Origin: a virus
IMG/VR virus record: IMGVR_UViG_3300045988_040265
Span: 1 to 56,242 of that record
Strand: one strand, 5' to 3'
DNA length: 56,242 nt
Numbering within the stretch: the stretch's first letter is position 1; the number at the start of each line of letters is the position of its first letter. Under the pieces are notes generated by a model, which worked only from the letters and a program-made list of their open reading frames with translations, ran no database searches and had not been told where the DNA came from. Both the position numbers and the translations under genes were made by a program. Of the stretch, positions 8,247 through 16,757 are shown piece by piece.

Positions 8247-8619
8247 CTATTCCATCTCCTTTCTCAAAATAGAACTTAATCGGTTCTCTGTTTTCCTGTA
8301 CCATGCCGTATCTGACTGCGATATTGTATGTACAAACATCCCTCGCCAACCGGTCCGGTATTTTCTGTAACTGCTTTCTGAATGTCTCTAAATCCATTGT
8401 TGCTTTATAACGATTGCACGAACCACAGGACGGCATCAGATTACTTATATCGTGTACGTCTATTCCAGTAAATTCTTCTGTGTACTCATAATTTCTAAGA
8501 CAATGTAAATGGTCTACATTGAAACCTTTCTCCGGTATCTCGCAACCACAGTAAGCACAATGACCATTGTATTTTTCGTATACCTGTTTTCTTACTGATT
8601 TAGGAATTGGCTTTCGCAT
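8236..8619 (-). CDS. HNH endonuclease (paralogue B)
   Basis: GHCAYCG..VDHLHCL..NLMPSCGSCNRYK. Confidence 0.85.
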   Translation of the reverse strand: MRKPIPKSVRKQVYEKYNGHCAYCGCEIPEKGFNVDHLHCLRNYEYTEEFTGIDVHDISNLMPSCGSCNRYKATMDLETFRKQLQKIPDRLARDVCTYNIAVRYGMVQENREPIKFYFEKGDGIDER

Positions 8620-8833
8620 CTACACCACCACCTTTCACAATCTGCATAACTGTCTGATATAGTGCTGATTTTCTACCTACAATTTTGGTTATGTATTCAT
8701 CCAACTGCTCCACAACCGCATCCACATCATAGGCGGTTGGTTGACTATCCACAAAATCAAGAATCGCTTTCATTTGGCTTTTATTGTAATGTTGCCCTTC
8801 AAAATTCAGATTATCTGCATCAATCAATCTCAT
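8600..8833 (-). CDS. Hypothetical protein, MRLIDADN family paralogue 2
   Basis: MRLIDADNLNFEGQHYNKSQMKAILDFVDSQPTAYDVDAVVEQL. Confidence 0.65.
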   Translation of the reverse strand: MRLIDADNLNFEGQHYNKSQMKAILDFVDSQPTAYDVDAVVEQLDEYITKIVGRKSALYQTVMQIVKGGGVDAKANS

Positions 8834-8856
8834 TGTTTTCCTCTCCTATTTCGCTT

Positions 8857-9285
8857 CTAATTGAACGGTAATTCTTCCTCAGCTCCGTCCGGAATGCTCA
8901 TAAAGCCATCGTCCGTGTATGCCGGTCTATCCTGCTGCCTTTGGTTCGTGTCCTGCTGCCCTGCATTCTTGCTCTCTGTGAACTCGACCTCTTCTATCAT
9001 GATCTGCACAGCATATACCTTCTGTCCGTCTTTGTTTGTATAATTGTCATTCTGTACCCGTCCGGATATCAGGATCTTCGTTCCTTTATGCAGATATTTC
9101 TCGATAAATTCTGCCTGTTTCCCGAAGGCAGTGCAGTTAAAGAAATCCGCATCCGGTTCGCCTTCTCGCTTCCATTTTCTGCTTACCGCAAGTGATAATC
9201 TAGCAACAGCCGTTGGCGTTGCCCCTTGTGAATATCTAACCTCCGGGTCTTTTGTTAATCTTCCACATAAAATAATTTTGTTCAT
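8857..9285 (-). CDS. ssb: Single-stranded DNA-binding protein
   Basis: MNKIILCGRLTKDPEVRY..., OB-fold core, acidic tail DGAEEELPFN. Confidence 0.92.
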   Translation of the reverse strand: MNKIILCGRLTKDPEVRYSQGATPTAVARLSLAVSRKWKREGEPDADFFNCTAFGKQAEFIEKYLHKGTKILISGRVQNDNYTNKDGQKVYAVQIMIEEVEFTESKNAGQQDTNQRQQDRPAYTDDGFMSIPDGAEEELPFN

Positions 9286-9758
9286 TACTTTTCCTCACTT
9301 TCTACTAACTCAAATCTGTATTTCTGTTCTGCATTAGGATATTTTTCCTTATCAACCTCGCTCATAAACATTTCCAGAGGTCTATTCCAGATATGTCCCT
9401 CATATTCATATACAATTGATATTTCTTCTGTTTCTGTATGTCTTGAAATACCGATAATAGTAACAATCTTGCCTAACTTAAAATGCTTATATTTCTCGCC
9501 TTTCTGTGGAATAGGTCTGTCAAATTCTGTACTGATATTATCTGCCTTAAAATGCCTTGTGAGCAACGCAAGGTCACAGTTTGGCTTATCTTCACCATCA
9601 AGATTAAATTCTTCCGACTGTTCGATGTGTAACTGTTGCCAGCTTTCGGCATATCCTACGTTGCTTATATCATCATATATATCTTCAAGTGAAATATTTT
9701 CACGATTGGAAACTAAATAACCGCTAAATCTAAATATCTTTGCCATATTATCCCTCAC
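9285..9758 (-). CDS. DUF1653 domain protein
   Basis: YKHFKLGK..IGISRHTETEE..RPLEMFMSEV. Confidence 0.7.
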   Translation of the reverse strand: MRDNMAKIFRFSGYLVSNRENISLEDIYDDISNVGYAESWQQLHIEQSEEFNLDGEDKPNCDLALLTRHFKADNISTEFDRPIPQKGEKYKHFKLGKIVTIIGISRHTETEEISIVYEYEGHIWNRPLEMFMSEVDKEKYPNAEQKYRFELVESEEK

Positions 9759-10182
9759 TTTCTAATAACTCTTTATTGTCAAAAATGTTGCCGATAACCT
9801 CATAGTCAACAGCTTTTCTATATTCTTTAAAATCATCAGTTTTCCAATCGCAAATCATTGGTTCCCATTTTCCCATTGGAATGTTATGTGAGTTGTTTAA
9901 TACAATGTCAAATCTTGCACAAGGCGCATTCCATTTAACAATAAAATAATTTCCGTTATGCAGAATATCATTTTCCCAAATCAGTTTATCATTCTTATCT
10001 TTCGAGCCTGTGCATTGGCAGATTGTTGTTTCATCCACAATCCTGCAAATATCAACATGGTCAACTGGATAAATTCTGTATGTTTCAGAGGGTTTATTCT
10101 TTTCAATATCCAAAAGAATATTTCCTTGCACCCATTCTCCGTTATCAAGTCTCTTTGCCTTGAATAAATATCTATCTTCCAT
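9748..10182 (-). CDS. YopX family protein (paralogue B)
   Basis: FKAKRLDNGEWVQGN...CQCTGSKDKNDKLIWENDIL. Confidence 0.8.
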   Translation of the reverse strand: MEDRYLFKAKRLDNGEWVQGNILLDIEKNKPSETYRIYPVDHVDICRIVDETTICQCTGSKDKNDKLIWENDILHNGNYFIVKWNAPCARFDIVLNNSHNIPMGKWEPMICDWKTDDFKEYRKAVDYEVIGNIFDNKELLESEG

Positions 10183-10194
10183 ATTTTCTCCTTT

Positions 10195-10479
10195 CTAATA
10201 CCTTGATATTTCTATCTCACTATTCAATATTGAATTAAGATCTTTGCTAAGCAAATCAAGCTCACGTTTCACTAATGATTGAGCTTCATTTATCGCAGCT
10301 ATCACAGATGTACTGCTTAATTTTCTATCTCGGATATTTAATGCCTGACAATTCATGTATAGCGTTTCTCCGCAACCACATATTTTGTGAACACATATAT
10401 CTAATCTTTTGTCGTAACTTCTGTAGATATTTCCTGTTTCTACAGGTTCTCCGTATTTTGCATTACTTATATATTTCAT
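10195..10479 (-). CDS. Hypothetical protein
   Basis: I prefer the ATG at 10479 (AGGAGAGATT RBS) over the track start at 10512. Confidence 0.55.
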   Translation of the reverse strand: MKYISNAKYGEPVETGNIYRSYDKRLDICVHKICGCGETLYMNCQALNIRDRKLSSTSVIAAINEAQSLVKRELDLLSKDLNSILNSEIEISRY

Positions 10480-10487
10480 AATCTCTC

Positions 10488-10688
10488 CTATTCTGCTTCT
10501 GATTGAAGCCACTCTCCTATTCTGGATTCTATATCAGTGTTGCGTGAAGTTAGTACAATTCCATAGCCAAAGTTAACCCAATCTCCATAATTCACGTCAT
10601 GTCCACTTCTAATGTGCGATAAGAATTCAATCAACTCTTCATCCGACATATTCCTTATCCTGTCTGCATTGGTCTGACTGTCACTCAT
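10488..10688 (-). CDS. Hypothetical protein
   Basis: I prefer the ATG at 10688 (GGAGGTGGAG RBS). Confidence 0.55.
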   Translation of the reverse strand: MSDSQTNADRIRNMSDEELIEFLSHIRSGHDVNYGDWVNFGYGIVLTSRNTDIESRIGEWLQSEAE

Positions 10689-11052
10689 TTTCTCCACCTC
10701 CAAACTCTTTAACTTTTGGTTCATATGGTTTAGGTAACTTCATCCACGCAGTAACCTTATCTGTGATTTCTGAATAGGAATAGTCCTCAAAGTAATCACA
10801 TACTTCATACCAGCCTTGCGGAATCCACCATGTATCTTCCTCTTCTATATATTCCCAATCATTAGGAACGCCATCACGCATATCCCAAGCCATATCATCA
10901 ATAGTACAGTGATGATATGGGAAATACACCACCTTAATCACTCTTCTGTAAAGTTTTCCACCATATCCTATGTGTTCTACCGTTGCCAAAACTTCATCTG
11001 AACAATTTTTATCTTTACAATTTGGGACTGTATTTTTATTCCATTGAGCCAT
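10681..11052 (-). CDS. Hypothetical protein
   Basis: I prefer the ATG at 11052 (GGTGGAG RBS). Confidence 0.6.
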   Translation of the reverse strand: MAQWNKNTVPNCKDKNCSDEVLATVEHIGYGGKLYRRVIKVVYFPYHHCTIDDMAWDMRDGVPNDWEYIEEEDTWWIPQGWYEVCDYFEDYSYSEITDKVTAWMKLPKPYEPKVKEFGGGENE

Positions 11053-11440
11053 TTTCTCCACCTCTCAATTCTTTCAGTTTTGCTTCTGCTTCGGATTTTG
11101 TGAGGAATACTGTTTTGCCAATATCAAACAATGCAAATCCTCTTCTTTTTGTGCAAAATTCAATTTTCATTTCTGAATCAATCTTTGCTCTTTGAATCTT
11201 CTGTACAGATATGTTTTTTCCAACAATAACGTAAACCGCATCTCCCACCTTGCAAGGCAATTTAACAAGTCTGCCCTGTTCCTCTAAGTCCTCATAATCC
11301 GCAAGTTTTTTAAGTGCATCACTGATATACTTACATTCTCTTGGTGGGATATTACAATTCCAACATATGTTACAACTAGGGCAATCTTCGTTCTTGTCTA
11401 TTCTGACTCCTAGTTCTGTTCTATATGTTAATCTCTCCAT
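11036..11440 (-). CDS. Hypothetical protein (MERLTYR..., C-terminal AEAKLKELRG)
   Basis: ORF; its 3' end carries a 29-nt repeat shared with 7148-7176. Confidence 0.6.
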   Translation of the reverse strand: MERLTYRTELGVRIDKNEDCPSCNICWNCNIPPRECKYISDALKKLADYEDLEEQGRLVKLPCKVGDAVYVIVGKNISVQKIQRAKIDSEMKIEFCTKRRGFALFDIGKTVFLTKSEAEAKLKELRGGENGSME

Positions 11441-11457
11441 TTCTACTCATCCCCCTC

Positions 11458-11610
11458 TTAATTATCTTTTTTCTCTTTCTTCTTGACTTCTACAAGGCAG
11501 TCGGCAATAGCTTCTTTAATAATCAAAGTATTGTATCTTCCAAGGCTGATTGTTATTGTATTGTCCTCATACTCCCTTACATTTCCTAAAATATCTTTGT
11601 ATTTAGCCAT
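11458..11610 (-). CDS. Possible small ORF (50 aa, MAKYKDILGNVREYED...)
   Basis: Hand translation; AAAGGAG RBS 6 nt upstream. Below the 60-aa cutoff of the ORF track. Confidence 0.45.
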   Translation of the reverse strand: MAKYKDILGNVREYEDNTITISLGRYNTLIIKEAIADCLVEVKKKEKKDN

Positions 11611-11622
11611 ATAATCTCCTTT

Positions 11623-11943
11623 CTAAAACGGACACTCTTTTTCTTTGCGTTTAGCAAATAATCTCTTTATCCACTTAGGCAACATACATTTCCATGTTGG
11701 AACATCAAAACCACCTTTTCTGTCGAATAAGCACCCGCAATCGCAACACTCTCCCTCATAGCTTCCGATTTCCCAACCACAAGGGCAATTCTCACAATCG
11801 TTGTCATACCAACAGTCAACTTCTGTGTAGTGTTCCCACTTATCAGAATTTTCAATATACTTTGAATATTTGAATGTTGAAATTCTCACATTCCCAAATC
11901 GCTTGTCTATTTCAATGTCTTTATGAATTTTGAATAATTTCAC
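11623..11943 (-). CDS. Hypothetical Cys-rich protein
   Basis: CENCPCGWE..GECCDCGC; ends KECPF-stop inside the junction repeat. Confidence 0.6.
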   Translation of the reverse strand: MKLFKIHKDIEIDKRFGNVRISTFKYSKYIENSDKWEHYTEVDCWYDNDCENCPCGWEIGSYEGECCDCGCLFDRKGGFDVPTWKCMLPKWIKRLFAKRKEKECPF

Positions 11944-11978
11944 TTTTTACCTCCTAAAACGGACACTCACTAGGATTT

Positions 11979-12365
11979 TTAATCTTTCAAAACCGACATA
12001 TCATATCCGCTTTCAATAAACTTCAATGTTTTTGCATGATTGCACCTATTTCCAAGATATGTATAAATCTGCTCCATATCTTTCTCTGTAAAATCGGTTT
12101 CCAAAAACTGATTTATACCGCCAAGTATAAATCTGTGAAATTCGTCATTGCTTCGTTTAGTGCTGTAAGGCTCTGTCTTGTATGCGGGTCTTGATAGCCA
12201 TTCCAAAACTTTACACTTTACATCTGTTTCGTTTTCACAATCTTTTAATCCAAAATATGTATTGCTTCTAATATGTGCTATAAATTCTGCGTTATGATTT
12301 ATAACGCTATTAGGAAAACAATTCATTAACTTTGTAACTATATCCCAACTAATCAAAACGGACAT
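11979..12365 (-). CDS. Hypothetical protein
   Basis: ORF; its start ATGTCCGTTTTGA lies inside the junction repeat. Confidence 0.6.
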   Translation of the reverse strand: MSVLISWDIVTKLMNCFPNSVINHNAEFIAHIRSNTYFGLKDCENETDVKCKVLEWLSRPAYKTEPYSTKRSNDEFHRFILGGINQFLETDFTEKDMEQIYTYLGNRCNHAKTLKFIESGYDMSVLKD

Positions 12366-13108
12366 TCATCTCCTTTCCTTAGAACCCATTCTTTATTAGG
12401 CTCTGCAACATCCACATTTGCGTTTCTGTCAACTTTTTTCATCTTCTCGATGAAACTATCTCTATCAGAATTTTCACTCGATAGATGGCACATTATGACG
12501 TTTTGCAAGCTATCTGAATAATTTGCTTTAACAAAATCACAAGCTGTGTCAATGGATAAATGACCTCTGAAAACGTGATTAGCTTTGCCTGCGTTATCCC
12601 TGTCGATTAAATCTTTGTCATAATTCACACCTAAGAGAATGTGGTTTATGTCTTTAAACTTCCACTTGATTAATTCACAATCGGTTATGTAAAGCATTCT
12701 TCCCATTTTCTTGTGAGTAATCAGAAAACCATATATCGGGCAAGGTGTTCCATCTGCGTTAGTGTGTGTCCAGCTTCCGTCTATTGTTGTTAGGTTAAAT
12801 GCCTTAACTTTAAAACCGCTAAATGGTATCGTGTGATAACGATGTATACCCTCGTGTTGTGCGTATTGTATATATGGTGCATAAATTGGTATTCCCATTG
12901 ACTTAAAATCGTTTAATGACTTGCTGTGATCTGAATGAACGTGGCTGACTATGCAGCCAACCACATTTCTTATGTTCCAATCTAAGCCTTTTTTAATCTC
13001 CTTAATCGGTATTCCACAATCAAGGATAAGTGTTTCTCCGCTATCTGCTTGCAAAAAATAGCAGTTACCTGCTGATGATGAGCCTAAGCATTTTAATCTC
13101 ATACTCAC
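12353..13108 (-). CDS. Metallo-beta-lactamase-fold hydrolase (recombination-module nuclease candidate)
   Basis: SHVHSDHS motif; position next to recT. Confidence 0.8.
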   Translation of the reverse strand: MSMRLKCLGSSSAGNCYFLQADSGETLILDCGIPIKEIKKGLDWNIRNVVGCIVSHVHSDHSKSLNDFKSMGIPIYAPYIQYAQHEGIHRYHTIPFSGFKVKAFNLTTIDGSWTHTNADGTPCPIYGFLITHKKMGRMLYITDCELIKWKFKDINHILLGVNYDKDLIDRDNAGKANHVFRGHLSIDTACDFVKANYSDSLQNVIMCHLSSENSDRDSFIEKMKKVDRNANVDVAEPNKEWVLRKGDECPF

Positions 13109-13413
13109 ACCTCGATTTCATCATCCTGTGGAAACTGAAAGTATTCCGTTGTAGCTTTGATAAAATCATCTTCGGTAAACCTTCTAATGAAGCTTTCATA
13201 ATTTGTCGTACCTGCTATAAGCTTCATAAACGAAAGCAAACCATATTGCTCTCTCAACATTTCCATAGCCTTATACGCTTTCTCCTGTGAAGAATACCTG
13301 CCTAAAACATATTCTTTCTCATTATGTAGGGCTGTGACATTCTCCATTGCGTGGCACACAACTATCTGCTCATAAGGCAAATCAACATTGCCATGTTGTG
13401 AAATTACTCTCAT
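13105..13413 (-). CDS. Hypothetical protein (102 aa)
   Basis: ATG at 13413 with an AGGAG RBS just after the recT stop. The longer track ORF (to 13620) overlaps recT and was rejected. Confidence 0.6.
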   Translation of the reverse strand: MRVISQHGNVDLPYEQIVVCHAMENVTALHNEKEYVLGRYSSQEKAYKAMEMLREQYGLLSFMKLIAGTTNYESFIRRFTEDDFIKATTEYFQFPQDDEIEV

Positions 13414-13423
13414 ACTCAATCTC

Positions 13424-14320
13424 CTATTCTGCCTGCATAAATGGCGGCAATGTGCTATCTTCTGCCTGTTTTTCGGTTGCTTCTGTGGCTGTACTGTCGA
13501 TAATGTCGCTTTCTTCAAAATCAACGCTATTTGCGTTCTGCTCAATGTCATAAGCAACATCCTGTTCAAGCATTTCATCGTGGCTGATTTCCTCATAATC
13601 ATCTTCTCCGCCAAAACCACTATGAGTATTGTTGATAGATTTAAGGAGCCTGTTCTTAACAGTTTTCATAGCCATCTGGTCTGTAAACTTCTGATGAACT
13701 CCGTTTCCATTCTCCTTATATCCAAATCCCTGTTTCCAAGCTGTCTTTATCTGCTTGATAGTCATAACTTCTGTTTTAACAGTTCCGTCTTTCATAACCG
13801 CAACCGCATAAGCACCCTTAATCTTGTCATTGTCGATATTGTCAATTTCCTGTGTGTGCTCTACGATTGTTTTCTTTCCATTCTTGATTGTGTAACTAAA
13901 CTTATCTCCCTCATAGACAACCTCTGCGTTAATATCAGCAAGCCCGTATCTTCTAGCAACGCAAGTTGCACCATAAACAGACGGCTGACAACTTAATTTG
14001 CCCGCATAAGCAACTGGGTAACACTGCTTCTTTCTTATTGATAATCCGTCTGTTACCATTTCAATAAGCGCATTTTCAATACTTGCCCTTGTGCAACTCT
14101 GTAATACAGGCTTCTTATTCATATCCTGTGTGTCCTGTAAAATAAGCATTGCTGACATAAGCTCGTTTGTATAGTTGTAATCTTTAGGGAATGTTAAGCC
14201 AAATTTCTCTTTCTGCTTGATTTTTACAACCATTCCCTCTGTAAAATCTTTTGCTACAAGCTCTCTGCTTTCAGCTTCTTTCTTTTCTGCAACTGCCGTA
14301 TTCTCTTCCATATTATTCAT
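13424..14320 (-). CDS. recT: RecT-family single-strand annealing recombinase
   Basis: ..CYPVAYAGKLSCQPSVYG..VVYEGDKFSY..GAYAVAVMKDG..MAMKTVKNRLLK, acidic C-terminal tail. Confidence 0.85.
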   Translation of the reverse strand: MNNMEENTAVAEKKEAESRELVAKDFTEGMVVKIKQKEKFGLTFPKDYNYTNELMSAMLILQDTQDMNKKPVLQSCTRASIENALIEMVTDGLSIRKKQCYPVAYAGKLSCQPSVYGATCVARRYGLADINAEVVYEGDKFSYTIKNGKKTIVEHTQEIDNIDNDKIKGAYAVAVMKDGTVKTEVMTIKQIKTAWKQGFGYKENGNGVHQKFTDQMAMKTVKNRLLKSINNTHSGFGGEDDYEEISHDEMLEQDVAYDIEQNANSVDFEESDIIDSTATEATEKQAEDSTLPPFMQAE

Positions 14321-14540
14321 CCTCCTCCATCATTTTCAAAACAGTTTTCACAAAGCTCTTAAGGCCTGCGTCTGACTGTTTTCTGATCTGTTCGTCAGTA
14401 AGTTCAGAATTTTTCAAGCAACGATCATAAGTTTCTTCTCCCAAAACCCTCTTGCAGTTTTTCAAAAGTGCCGTAAACTCTGCTTCTACAATAGGCTTGG
14501 GGCCTGTAATTTCCAGTTTATTAAAGTCTATTCTTATCAT
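14313..14540 (-). CDS. Hypothetical protein (75 aa)
   Basis: I prefer the ATG at 14540, just downstream of the RT stop. Confidence 0.55.
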   Translation of the reverse strand: MIRIDFNKLEITGPKPIVEAEFTALLKNCKRVLGEETYDRCLKNSELTDEQIRKQSDAGLKSFVKTVLKMMEEDE

Positions 14541-14548
14541 TGTAATTC

Positions 14549-15598
14549 CTACCTTTCTAATAATTCTTTCACATATAAATCCATCGAGTAACATAGTTTG
14601 ATACAATTTCCATGTAATGCGTGATTCTTCCAGGCATTATACTTTTCATAGAATTTTTTCTCTGTCATTCTTCCAGAATTGACAAGCTTCACCCACACCG
14701 TAATTTTTTTGCGGATTTTTCTTTTATTTACTCCATTTAATTTTCTTATATACTTTCCATCTTTGGTAACGTAATGATGAAAACCTGTAAACAACATTCC
14801 GTTCTTGAATGGTATAATCTGTGTTTTGCCATTAAGTGATAATCCAAGGCTTTCAGCAAACTGCTTTATGCAATCAAGACACCATTTCAAATATTCCTTA
14901 CTTGGTGCTATTAGGTAAAAATCATCCATGTATCTACCGTATAGCTTTATTCCTAACTCACCTGTGATAAAATGATCTAATCCATTCAGCATAAGCAAAG
15001 CATAAACCTGTGCCACCTGATTACCAAGTGGTAATCCCAAACCATCTGTACTGTCTATAAATAGGTGATTAAGCCACTTCGTATAATCATCTGCAAAATA
15101 GTAATCAACAATATCTTTCAACACTTCATGATCTATCTGATAGAAAAATTTTGTAATATCACATTTTAGAATCCAACCATCAAGTCCATGTTCTCTGTAA
15201 AATTCAAGCATATGTTCTTTCAAACAATCCATTCCAAAATGTGTACCTTTGCCTATCTGCCCTGCATAATTAGACTTAATAAACTCATCTGCCAACCTTG
15301 GATGCAAAATATTGTCGCACAAACAATGTTGAATTACCTTATCTTTGAATGAACACGATTTAATCACTCTTTCCTTTGGTTCGTAAACATTAAATTCATT
15401 GTACGGATTCATCCGGTATGTCTGATTTTCAAGTTGTTCCTTCAAAAGATGTAGTCCTTCAAGATCCATTGTCTGAAATCTTGCACTGCTGCCATTAAAT
15501 CCTTTGCCTGCTTTAGCCTTTCTATATGCTTTATACAGATTTTCATAACTGCAAATAATATCTTTATCCAATGTAAAAACTCCTTTGTATTTACCCAT
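14549..15598 (-). CDS. DGR reverse transcriptase
   Basis: YMDDF catalytic box and LPLGNQVAQ (a DGR-type variant of RT motif 4); about 350 aa; adjacent to the TR and Avd. Confidence 0.92.
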   Translation of the reverse strand: MGKYKGVFTLDKDIICSYENLYKAYRKAKAGKGFNGSSARFQTMDLEGLHLLKEQLENQTYRMNPYNEFNVYEPKERVIKSCSFKDKVIQHCLCDNILHPRLADEFIKSNYAGQIGKGTHFGMDCLKEHMLEFYREHGLDGWILKCDITKFFYQIDHEVLKDIVDYYFADDYTKWLNHLFIDSTDGLGLPLGNQVAQVYALLMLNGLDHFITGELGIKLYGRYMDDFYLIAPSKEYLKWCLDCIKQFAESLGLSLNGKTQIIPFKNGMLFTGFHHYVTKDGKYIRKLNGVNKRKIRKKITVWVKLVNSGRMTEKKFYEKYNAWKNHALHGNCIKLCYSMDLYVKELLER

Positions 15599-15667
15599 TT
15601 AGGGAAGGTCATACACTTTTTTGTATCTTGTACTGATTTCGGCTTATTGCCTACTCTTACTGTCTGT

Positions 15668-15746
15668 ATGATACAGAATGGGCGAACACCGTTGTTGTTA
15701 TTGCAATTGTTGTTGTTGATATTGCCAGCCGGGGCAACAACGGTTT
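15668..15746 (-). repeat. DGR template repeat (66-nt core 15681-15746 plus a divergent IMH*-like 3' end 15668-15680)
   Basis: Base-by-base alignment to both VRs; the coding strand is full of AAC/AAT codons. Confidence 0.9.
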
Positions 15747-15770
15747 ATACAGTGTATAACCTATATTTGT

Positions 15771-16142
15771 TTACCTTTCCCTGTCCTTTGTTCTCCAAGC
15801 AATAGCCATATGCTTTATATCAGAAACCATCTTTGACCAGTATTCCATGCTTTGCATATTTATAATGTTCAACTTCATTGACAGTTCAATGTAAAACATC
15901 AATTCGTCACAATGCGTTATGGCTTTAGTCTGCAATTCTGATCTCTCCCTTCGAAACAATCTCAAATCTGTTCTATTTGCTTCATACAAATACTCATATA
16001 TTTCAAGTGCTTTATTCTGCATCTTATCTACCAGTGAAAATCTGTATTTCTTTGGGTATCTGTTGCAATTTGAAGTTATACGCAAAGTATGTTCAGCTAA
16101 TTCTTTCGCCTTAAGAATTACTTTTAATTCTGTATCTACCAT
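15771..16142 (-). CDS. avd: Avd-like accessory variability determinant (four-helix-bundle family)
   Basis: About 123 aa, basic and helical (RYPKKYRFSLVDKMQNKALEIYEYLYEAN); canonical position between target and TR. Confidence 0.75.
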   Translation of the reverse strand: MVDTELKVILKAKELAEHTLRITSNCNRYPKKYRFSLVDKMQNKALEIYEYLYEANRTDLRLFRRERSELQTKAITHCDELMFYIELSMKLNIINMQSMEYWSKMVSDIKHMAIAWRTKDRER

Positions 16143-16146
16143 TTTA

Positions 16147-16755
16147 TTATTCCTCTGATTCAAAGATTAAAGAGGAAAAGATACAAACCGGGCGAACACC
16201 GAAGTTGTAATTGCAACTGATGCTGCTGATAACGCCAGCCGGGGCAACAACGGCCACAGATCTATTCCAGTCATTACAAGGTGTACTCCATGGAGAAATC
16301 AACCACCAATAAAAATTAGTATTAGGTATAAGTTTTCTGTATTTCCTATACTCATCAATAGTAAGAAGTGATACCATATCTTCGCATTCTCCGTATTCCG
16401 TCTGTCCATCAAGAGAAGTCAAATCACGGTTAAACGTAATAATGTTTTCTTCTCCAATTTCATCAGAAATCTTTTCAAAAAATTCTGTATTGAGATATTC
16501 TCTTAACTGGCTTCCTGCCCAATCACTGGATCTCTCATCAAATTCCATGGAATCTTCTAACTTATCAGCAAGACACATATAACCATTTTCTGTAATGTCA
16601 AGTATCTTCCAGTTAATCCCGGCTATTTCAAAAGTGTCTCCAATCCCTAATCCTACCGGAATCTTTCTAACTTTGTTTGTTGCTTCAAGAATCGCAACCT
16701 TATTTCTCAATTCATTAATCTGCTCCTGTAATACTTTCATTGTTAAATTAGCCAT
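16147..16755 (-). CDS. DGR target protein 2 (202 aa, C-terminal variable region)
   Basis: C-terminus ..YWWLISPWS..AVVAPAGVISSISCNYNFGVRPVCIF carries VR2. Confidence 0.9.
   Translation of the reverse strand: MANLTMKVLQEQINELRNKVAILEATNKVRKIPVGLGIGDTFEIAGINWKILDITENGYMCLADKLEDSMEFDERSSDWAGSQLREYLNTEFFEKISDEIGEENIITFNRDLTSLDGQTEYGECEDMVSLLTIDEYRKYRKLIPNTNFYWWLISPWSTPCNDWNRSVAVVAPAGVISSISCNYNFGVRPVCIFSSLIFESEE
16178..16256 (-). repeat. DGR variable repeat VR2 (core 16191-16256, IMH-like end 16178-16190)
   Basis: 12 mismatches to the TR, all at TR adenines (coding strand). Confidence 0.9.
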
Positions 16756-16757
16756 AA

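Noticed and set aside
13105-13620. 171-aa version of the ORF downstream of recT, and similar long N-terminal extensions (14606, 20234, 46555, 47476, 51786, 52868, 54729)
   Set aside because: The extensions overlap the 3' end of the upstream gene in another frame and lack RBSs. Internal ATGs with AGGAG-type RBSs placed right after the upstream stop are preferred.
14549-15598. RT as a retron or group II intron reverse transcriptase
   Set aside because: No intron RNA domains, maturase or endonuclease extension, and no msr/msd-like inverted repeats are visible. The A-specific TR/VR relationship and the Avd gene identify it as a DGR RT.
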